From: Schizochytrium sp. TIO01
Lineage: Eukaryota > Protista > Bigyra: Labyrinthulomycetes
DNA: 64,000 bases
Direction: 5' to 3'
NCBI GenBank assembly: GCA_004764695.1
Contig: SMSO01000033.1
Coordinates: 558,001 to 622,000, forward strand
The translations under genes and the position numbers were made by a program. Shown one piece after another: positions 57,146 to 64,000 of this stretch. Below the pieces are notes generated by a model. That model did no database searches and had not been told where the DNA came from. It saw nothing but the letters and a program-made list of their open reading frames with translations. Each line of letters starts with the position of its first letter. Within the stretch, counting starts at the first letter, position 1.

Positions 57146-58235
57146 CTTGCTATGCACCACGCCGACCTAGTTTCGATTCCTGATTGTTGGCTGTGCTCTC
57201 AAATTTGTGACTCTGTCTCTTTGCTGAGTGCGGATGCAACAAAATTCCCGGAAGCTTATCAATATTTAAAATGTCGCGCAGTCGAGCAAGCCAACTTGGT
57301 TTGATACGCAACTTGGTTGTTTTATTGACACCATATACTTGATGCTGCTCTAGTTTGCATACGGAGTGCGTAACATTATTAGAAAAGTCATAGCAAATTT
57401 GATTTTGTATTCCATCTTGGCTAAGATAATTCATACTTCAAATACTAGGATTCTATTTTGGAAAAAAAGTATGATAAGATGGAGAAAAAGAAACAACAAG
57501 AACCTCGTCTGACCGGTGTGCCCCAATCCTTTATTAGTTGTAGAATGTAAACGGCCGGTAATTATTTATTTCCTCTAAATTTTACAATGCATATTTTTGG
57601 ATGACATGCAACGCATAGAAAGCCCCGCCGGCATAATTCTCTATTTTTGAAGAAAAGAGAAGAAAAAACAAAAATTGATCCGTTGAAATTACTATCAGGG
57701 AGGTGTGTACCTTGACGAATTAAGCTGACCACCTTTTCATTGACAACGGGACCAGCAACCAATTAGAACAGAAAAGCATGGTTCGAAGAGACAAGCAAGA
57801 TAAACGTGCTTTTGGTCAGGTATGGTGTTCTCTGTAGGTACAGTTTCCAATTTGCATTATCTAGTACCAAAAACAAAAAAACGTTCATAGCAAAACTACT
57901 AGTTGTACTTTTGGGAAAAGGACGAAGTCGTTGTACACGTGCGTATCCGTGGTTGTCAACAATTACTTGTATCAGGACACAAACCAAAAAAATTAAAAGA
58001 AAAAAATTAGGACATTAAGTGCTTGTCTCAGATATCATAGTGCCGGTGTAATGGTGAAGGTGCACGTTGGTGTTGAAAGACACGCTCACAATTAAGCCAT
58101 TGTCAAAGCTCTTCGAAAGTCTCGAGCTCCACTGTCTTGCTTTGCTACGACCACGTAAGACCTTGGTATTTCCCCCCTTGTGCAAGTCGAGCTTGAGAAG
58201 CTTATTGCACCAAAGATACCAGGTCCGCCTGCGTG

Positions 58236-60776
58236 ATGGATCTCCAGTATGGACGAGCTCCGCCTGGAGAGCGCAAGGTGGACTGGGTACGCGAAAAGCT
58301 TCTGGTGCCACGGCGAGAGCGAGGTCTTAAGCCGTTGCTGGCAGGCTACAAGAATGACGAGGATGATGAGGAGCGAATTGTAAGAGAGGCAGAGGCAGCG
58401 AATTCTCGTCTCAAAGCTAGCGGCCTAGATCGATGTCCGACAGGGAGGCTGCCAGGACTTGGCACGCTCAAGTCTGAGAAGGTGTTGCTCAAGCAGCAAA
58501 AAGTCGAAGCCGAAGCTGAGGCTGCAGAGCGCAAAAGAAATGCGGAAAAGGTATTCGTAGAGTGGCTGAAGAGGAAACAGGAATCAGGAGAAACGTATGA
58601 TGCAGCTGCAGAAGAACAAAAGCTCAAGAAAGCTGAGCAACAACGTACAGCTGAGCGTAAAAGGCTGGCTGAACAGAAATTCACAGAGTGGAAAGCAAAG
58701 AAGGATCGTGAGCGGCGAGAGCGTCGCAAACAAGAGGACGAAGCTCGTGCAGCAGTCCTTGCAGAAATGCTCGCGATGGGACCTAATCAAAGCTCTACCA
58801 CGGAAACAAAATCACCTACTTCGCAGAGCGCAAAATCCTCAGTTGAATTAGCTGCAAATTTGGAAATGAATCAATCTAAGAATAATCAAGACGAATCCGA
58901 AGGGTCGCCTTGTATTGATCCAGCACTACCCCCACAAGCGAGGAGCCCAATTAATGGTGTACCCAACTTGAAGCAATCAGATATGAAATGGGCGCGCGTT
59001 TATTTAGACAAGCCAATTCCCCGACCGCCCCCACAAGCAGGAGCTGCAGCATCGCCTCAGAATGGGGAACGCACATTACTAAGGCAATGCCTTCAGCGGC
59101 TCTCTCGCTGGTTGGCCAAGCCACAGTACCGATTCGACTTTGAAGACGCTTTACACCGTGCAGATCAAATCGGTAATGGGCAACTTACTGAGGAGCTCGA
59201 ATACTCTATTTTGCACGAATGCGGATTTAAAATCGGAGCCTATGAGCATAAGCTTTTGCACAGACATATTGAAAACCATTTTCATGGTCAGTGCCAACGC
59301 CTGGTTAAACATCTGATTAAAAAACGAGAACAAAGGGAGAAAGTGAGTGCAGAAACAAAGAAAAAGCACTCTGCTGTTTCCAGAGCAAATTTAAGCACAA
59401 GGGGCGCTTCGTCCCGTGGCCCAGGCGGTAGAAAGCGCCGGCCAAGTGCTGCACGGCGAAAAGCTGCTGCGCGGCGTGTTGTTCATGCAATGAACTGCGA
59501 ATCTGTTGAAGGTCTTCAAGATATTCTCCAGAGAGCAGCTTCAAATGCAGCTCAAGCAGTGGCAAATCCTAATGACCTCAGAGCCAATCTTGATTCTTTC
59601 CTGGCGGAGACCGAGCTTCGAGACATGAGTGAACTTCTCGATAAAGATCTAAATTTACTCTGTAACTTGTTCATGGAGGACGAGTTTCGACAACTTCCAA
59701 AGTCAACGTATGGCTTACTCGTATACTTGGGAGAAATTGCAGATGTGCAAGCTACTTCAGCGGGTGAAGATGGCTTGCAAGTCCAAATTACAGAAGATGT
59801 GCGGCAACCACTTCAGGCTTTGTTTCAAAGCATAAGTGACAACCCTACTCGAGCTTGTGTTGCAAACCTTTTAACGAATTGCCATGAAATGAAAGCTATC
59901 AAGGGGACCGTCTTGGTTGAGCTCTTAACTACTCACGGTGCTTCATTTATTGAGTCACTTGAATTGCAAACGATGTCTGAAACAAATAGCAAATCATCAG
60001 ATGCAAATAAAAACAGGAGTGGGGACGATTCTTCGAAAGTAATGGAAGGCCTTGTACCTGAAGAAGAATTTGTAAATTATTTCTACACCAAGTATGAGCA
60101 ATACCAAAGAGAAAGTATGGCCAAACAAAGCCCGACTATGTGTCCGACAAGCACGCGTCCCCATACCTCACGTACTCGCTCACGCCAAGGAAAACCTCAA
60201 CGTCACCGCACTAGTTCTTCACCGAGTCGAATTCGACTCGTAAAGCCACCCCGTTACTTGCAGGAAGCAAAAGCAGAACGTGATCGTAATGTGAAAGAAG
60301 CATACACTTCAGGAGAAGAACAATATATACAGGAGCGTCACAAACCTAGGGATTCTTATGTAGCTCAGCAAACAGTGCATGAACATGCAAAGAGTGCGGC
60401 GAAGAGTCTTGGTTCAGTTACCTCTGTCCAGGTTGTAGAAGTGCTTAATCTTGAGAAGCCTTCGAAAGAAATCATGCAGACAGTTGGGGCTGCATGCTTG
60501 CTGGTCGGCTTTACTCCAACTTGGAAACACGCTCGCGCTCTGTTTAAGCACTGGCCGAATTTTCTTGCTTTTGCTTCAAGTGTGACCACAACCCACGTGC
60601 CTACTCTTGACGAAGAAACAATGAATAAACTTGCGAAAGCCGTCGCACCACTTTCTGGAGAAGTCCCTCGTTTGGTGGTTGTACTGCACAAATGGGTTGC
60701 TGCTATGCACTCACTTTTGAAAATGCGAGCTGACATTAAATCCCCCAAACCCTCAGATGTAGTGCAAATTCCTTGA
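58236..60776 (+). CDS. Hypothetical coiled-coil protein (about 846 aa)
   Basis: Long ORF with repeated F(V/T)EW(L/K)xxK coiled-coil motifs, a degenerate EF-hand-like ADQIGNGQL segment and a helical C-terminal region (LEKPSKEIMQTVGAACLL...TWKHA) reminiscent of dynein-stalk-like modules. No confident family. Confidence 0.7.
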   Translation: MDLQYGRAPPGERKVDWVREKLLVPRRERGLKPLLAGYKNDEDDEERIVREAEAANSRLKASGLDRCPTGRLPGLGTLKSEKVLLKQQKVEAEAEAAERKRNAEKVFVEWLKRKQESGETYDAAAEEQKLKKAEQQRTAERKRLAEQKFTEWKAKKDRERRERRKQEDEARAAVLAEMLAMGPNQSSTTETKSPTSQSAKSSVELAANLEMNQSKNNQDESEGSPCIDPALPPQARSPINGVPNLKQSDMKWARVYLDKPIPRPPPQAGAAASPQNGERTLLRQCLQRLSRWLAKPQYRFDFEDALHRADQIGNGQLTEELEYSILHECGFKIGAYEHKLLHRHIENHFHGQCQRLVKHLIKKREQREKVSAETKKKHSAVSRANLSTRGASSRGPGGRKRRPSAARRKAAARRVVHAMNCESVEGLQDILQRAASNAAQAVANPNDLRANLDSFLAETELRDMSELLDKDLNLLCNLFMEDEFRQLPKSTYGLLVYLGEIADVQATSAGEDGLQVQITEDVRQPLQALFQSISDNPTRACVANLLTNCHEMKAIKGTVLVELLTTHGASFIESLELQTMSETNSKSSDANKNRSGDDSSKVMEGLVPEEEFVNYFYTKYEQYQRESMAKQSPTMCPTSTRPHTSRTRSRQGKPQRHRTSSSPSRIRLVKPPRYLQEAKAERDRNVKEAYTSGEEQYIQERHKPRDSYVAQQTVHEHAKSAAKSLGSVTSVQVVEVLNLEKPSKEIMQTVGAACLLVGFTPTWKHARALFKHWPNFLAFASSVTTTHVPTLDEETMNKLAKAVAPLSGEVPRLVVVLHKWVAAMHSLLKMRADIKSPKPSDVVQIP

Positions 60777-61610
60777 TCACCACATAATTCACTGATATAC
60801 AGATTTAACCATTGATACGCCAAAGATAAAATGAAATCTTTTTGTTCACTAGGGTATTTTACAACATTTTGCTAATCTAGTTCATTGCATTTGCACCATT
60901 ATGGCTGCAGATCTTGCCCTTCAACCAAATCCGGTCAGGTTTGTTGAAATGATTTTCCCCATATCTATATCACTGAAATGGGGACACATCATATCAGTCT
61001 TTAAAGTCTCTTAATAGACCATTTTATTCGGCTCTTCCCATTGGGAAATCGGGGTGAACTTTTGCTCTTTCTTCGCGCAGCAGCAAATCCGCAATCGATC
61101 AATCAATTGTTTGACTGATAGAGAATCGTGGGCTCGACGACATTGACGGTCGAGTCTGCAAGCTATTGCTCAGGGTGAGGCAAGTTGGCGAGCAGTAGTC
61201 ATTTTGGAGAGTCACAGCTGCTAGACTGCTCGACGGCGATCCTCTGAAGAGAAGATCAGCAGCTCTCCTAGATATATCTCCGTTGCGAACTGCCAAGGTC
61301 CCAGCCGTGCATATACTTAAGTATTCTCTTCTACATAGGTGCCAACAATTACAAATCACCCATTTGTTTAATTATTGTTGTAGCTACTCGATCTTCACAG
61401 TTTGTCAGAAGCCCCTGACTTTTTCAAAAAAAAAAAAAAATCAACAACAGCAGACAGAATCTTTGGTTATTCGGAGACCTTCTAGCTTCCTCCCTCAAAG
61501 GGACTCAGTGTATTGGTTTTCTCAAGCTTTCGCTTGCTGTGTTGTCTAAAAAGAAGGCAATACACCGTTGTATCTCTAAGGTTAACTGGCCTTCGCGTTA
61601 GCTCCGCACC

Positions 61611-64000
61611 ATGGATGATAACGACGCTCTCACACCAGAAACCAAGCCATCTGACCCTGCCAGCTCGCGGAAACGTCAGCGTCCCGGCGAAAGCTATGCT
61701 TCAACTTCGCCGTCTTCGGCCGATACAGTAGCCGAAGCATTTGGGAAGCCACATGTGGCCAGGCGCCACGAGCTTGGTTACGGCACCCCTGCCCTGGACC
61801 CTTATACTAGCATTCCAGAAGACGAGGACGATGAAACTGACGCCACTAATGCATCATCACATTTGCCAGGAGACTCAAATCGAGGCCAGCCGCAAAGCCT
61901 GGCAGAAGCAGAGCCCGTAGAACATGCACGAAGGCTTTACGAGAGCGTTCAAGGAGAGGATATTTTGGTACTTGAGGAGGTGCTCTCGACGTTGGACTCT
62001 TGTAAGCAGGTTTACGACCTTGAACATGTCGAATGGCTTATCACCTTGTGCCGGCGTGGAGAAGACCAACGCTTAGAAAGGATCCAGGAGGAAGCTATGC
62101 GACTTGTTGATGGGTGGGCGCGTAACTTACAAACATATATTCCTGCCGATGGTGTTCCAGTTCCAGACCCTCTGCGCGACGAGCTAATCGATAGTGCAGT
62201 CACGTTCTTGGAGGACGAACAAGTCAAAGATAGATCTGTCGATGAAAAGGTACAATTCTTGTTAGATAAAGGCTTGAATCGAACTGAAATTCGGATTGCG
62301 TGTGCTCAGGTTGGTGTGGAACCACCTAGCTCATTGCTATATTCGGAACCACTGCGCCATGAAATGGTAAAGAACGGTGCATCATTTTTAACAATTGATG
62401 ATGTGAAGGACAAACCTCTAGCGGAAAAACTGTCTTTTCTCAAATCCAAGGGCTTAGCCGATGGTGAGATCATGCGCGCCTGCGAACTTGCACGTCTGGA
62501 TCCGCTTCCTACACCTGAGGACTTGAAAGGCCTTCATGAATACCAGGAGCGCGCACCTCGTGAAGATATGGTTAAAAATGGCGCCATTTTCCTCAATCAC
62601 AAGTCAATGGCTTCAAAAACATTGCGTGAGAAGCTTGAATTCCTTAAAACTAAAGGTATGACTGCGACCGAAGTAGCCAAGGCATGCGAACGAGCAAAAG
62701 TGGATCTCCCTAGTGATCTTCGGAAAGAGTTCGCTGCTTCCACAACGACTACCACAGAAGGAGGTCGTGGCACCGGTGGTGGTAGCGACGGCTCCAAGGT
62801 AAATGAGGCGTCATCTGGCAATGCAAAATCTGGTAGATCGTCTGCTGAAGATGGCACCCCAGAGTCAGTTCGTAGTGAGATGGTTCAAAAAGGTGTTACA
62901 TTTTTGTCCCATCCTTCAGTTGTAAGCAAGCCTGTTGTCGAAAAGCTCGCATTCCTTCGGGAAAAATCTTTGACCGAAGCTGAAATCAAGCAGGCTTGCA
63001 AAGAAACGAACGTGGCATATATTGCTGGAACCGTTGGACTCTCGCAGGAGAATGTAAGAAAGGCAGTTGCATTTCTGCGTCATCCGAGTGCTCAGGGTCG
63101 TCCTTTACAGGAAAAAATAAGTTATCTTCGCTCAAAAGGCCTCTCTACAGAGGAAATTGAAGCAGCCTGTCGTCAAGTTGGTGTCCGATCAGCTGGTATT
63201 GGCATGTCCTATACCAATGCTGAATTAAACGAACCCTTTGAGGACGTCTCGGAGGAAGATGATCGTGACTCCTCTTCTAAAACTCCCAAGACACTTACAA
63301 ATGAAGAGGTAGAATCAATGCGACGTGTGCGACAAGGCCAACGCTTTCTGCTTCATGAAAAGACTCAAAAACTTGAGAATCGAGACAAAGTAAGCTTTTT
63401 GCTTGGAAAAGGCCTCTCCTTAGACGAAATTGAATCCTGTTTCGCGGTGGTTGGCCTGCCATGGGACGAAGAAGAAATGAAATCTGTGAAGCCCGAAGAT
63501 CAGTCTAAAGCGCGCATGGAGCGGGCTGAGCGATTTCTAGAAGATCAGCGAGAAAAGGTTCCTGAAGACGAAACATTTGATGCACAAAAACAGGCTCTGT
63601 TTCTTTGTCAACAAGGAATCCCCGAAAAGGAGCTTTCAAGAGTCTTTGAAAAGCTAGGCTTAGAATTGGATACCTCAAAACTTGATGAAGACATGGTTAA
63701 TATCGGTCGAACATTTGCTCAGAAGGCTGGCACGGGAGCAAAAGCTCGGAATTTCTTACAGAAAGAGAAGAATCTCTCTGAAGATCAAATTAATCGTGCC
63801 TTTCAAGGTCTCGAGAATAATCCAGTTGAGCTTGCTCGCCGGTTCCTTACAAGCTCTCAGGCTGCAAGAGAACCTCTTGCTGAACGCATCAACTACTTAC
63901 GGCAGCATCAAAATCTTTCAGATGAGCACATCCGTGAAGCCTTACAGCTAGCTGGTCTTGAAGCAACTGAACAAGACTTTCAAGATCCTGCAACTGTCGA
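61611..64000 (+). CDS. Protein with a tandem array of at least nine Pex14 N-terminal-like domains; 3' end outside window
   Basis: Manual translation from ATG 61611 (in-frame TAG at 61599) is open to the window end (796 codons). Repeats such as LRDELIDSAVTFLEDEQVKDRSVDEKVQFLLDKGLNRTEI and QENVRKAVAFLRHPSAQGRPLQEKISYLRSKGLSTEEIEAA. Confidence 0.88.
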   Translation, partial: MDDNDALTPETKPSDPASSRKRQRPGESYASTSPSSADTVAEAFGKPHVARRHELGYGTPALDPYTSIPEDEDDETDATNASSHLPGDSNRGQPQSLAEAEPVEHARRLYESVQGEDILVLEEVLSTLDSCKQVYDLEHVEWLITLCRRGEDQRLERIQEEAMRLVDGWARNLQTYIPADGVPVPDPLRDELIDSAVTFLEDEQVKDRSVDEKVQFLLDKGLNRTEIRIACAQVGVEPPSSLLYSEPLRHEMVKNGASFLTIDDVKDKPLAEKLSFLKSKGLADGEIMRACELARLDPLPTPEDLKGLHEYQERAPREDMVKNGAIFLNHKSMASKTLREKLEFLKTKGMTATEVAKACERAKVDLPSDLRKEFAASTTTTTEGGRGTGGGSDGSKVNEASSGNAKSGRSSAEDGTPESVRSEMVQKGVTFLSHPSVVSKPVVEKLAFLREKSLTEAEIKQACKETNVAYIAGTVGLSQENVRKAVAFLRHPSAQGRPLQEKISYLRSKGLSTEEIEAACRQVGVRSAGIGMSYTNAELNEPFEDVSEEDDRDSSSKTPKTLTNEEVESMRRVRQGQRFLLHEKTQKLENRDKVSFLLGKGLSLDEIESCFAVVGLPWDEEEMKSVKPEDQSKARMERAERFLEDQREKVPEDETFDAQKQALFLCQQGIPEKELSRVFEKLGLELDTSKLDEDMVNIGRTFAQKAGTGAKARNFLQKEKNLSEDQINRAFQGLENNPVELARRFLTSSQAAREPLAERINYLRQHQNLSDEHIREALQLAGLEATEQDFQDPATV

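Overview
Eukaryotic nuclear DNA, not prokaryotic: GT-AG introns with branch points, microsatellite-rich intergenic spacers, cytosolic-type tRNAs, and flagellar, mitochondrial and peroxisome-related genes. Gene content and the mostly intronless style suggest a stramenopile, probably a labyrinthulomycete/thraustochytrid (inference, not a database result). The window holds about 17 protein-coding genes. Three spliced models were rebuilt by hand (GID8, SDH4, mitochondrial phosphate carrier), and one gene at the right edge is missing from the ORF track because it has no stop in the window. There is also a cluster of eight tRNA-Glu genes and a few eroded coding remnants. Most interesting: (1) an intronless LRR + NEL (IpaH/SspH-type bacterial effector E3 ligase) + U-box-like protein; (2) an unterminated ORF with at least nine tandem Pex14 N-terminal-like domains; (3) a signal peptide + 2OG/Fe(II)-oxygenase-like + Cys-rich + Ctr copper transporter fusion; (4) a large secreted FN3/glycine-rich/Kelch/P-domain protein with nested domains; (5) a Glu-only, possibly polycistronic tRNA array. 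All family calls are from motif recognition by eye.
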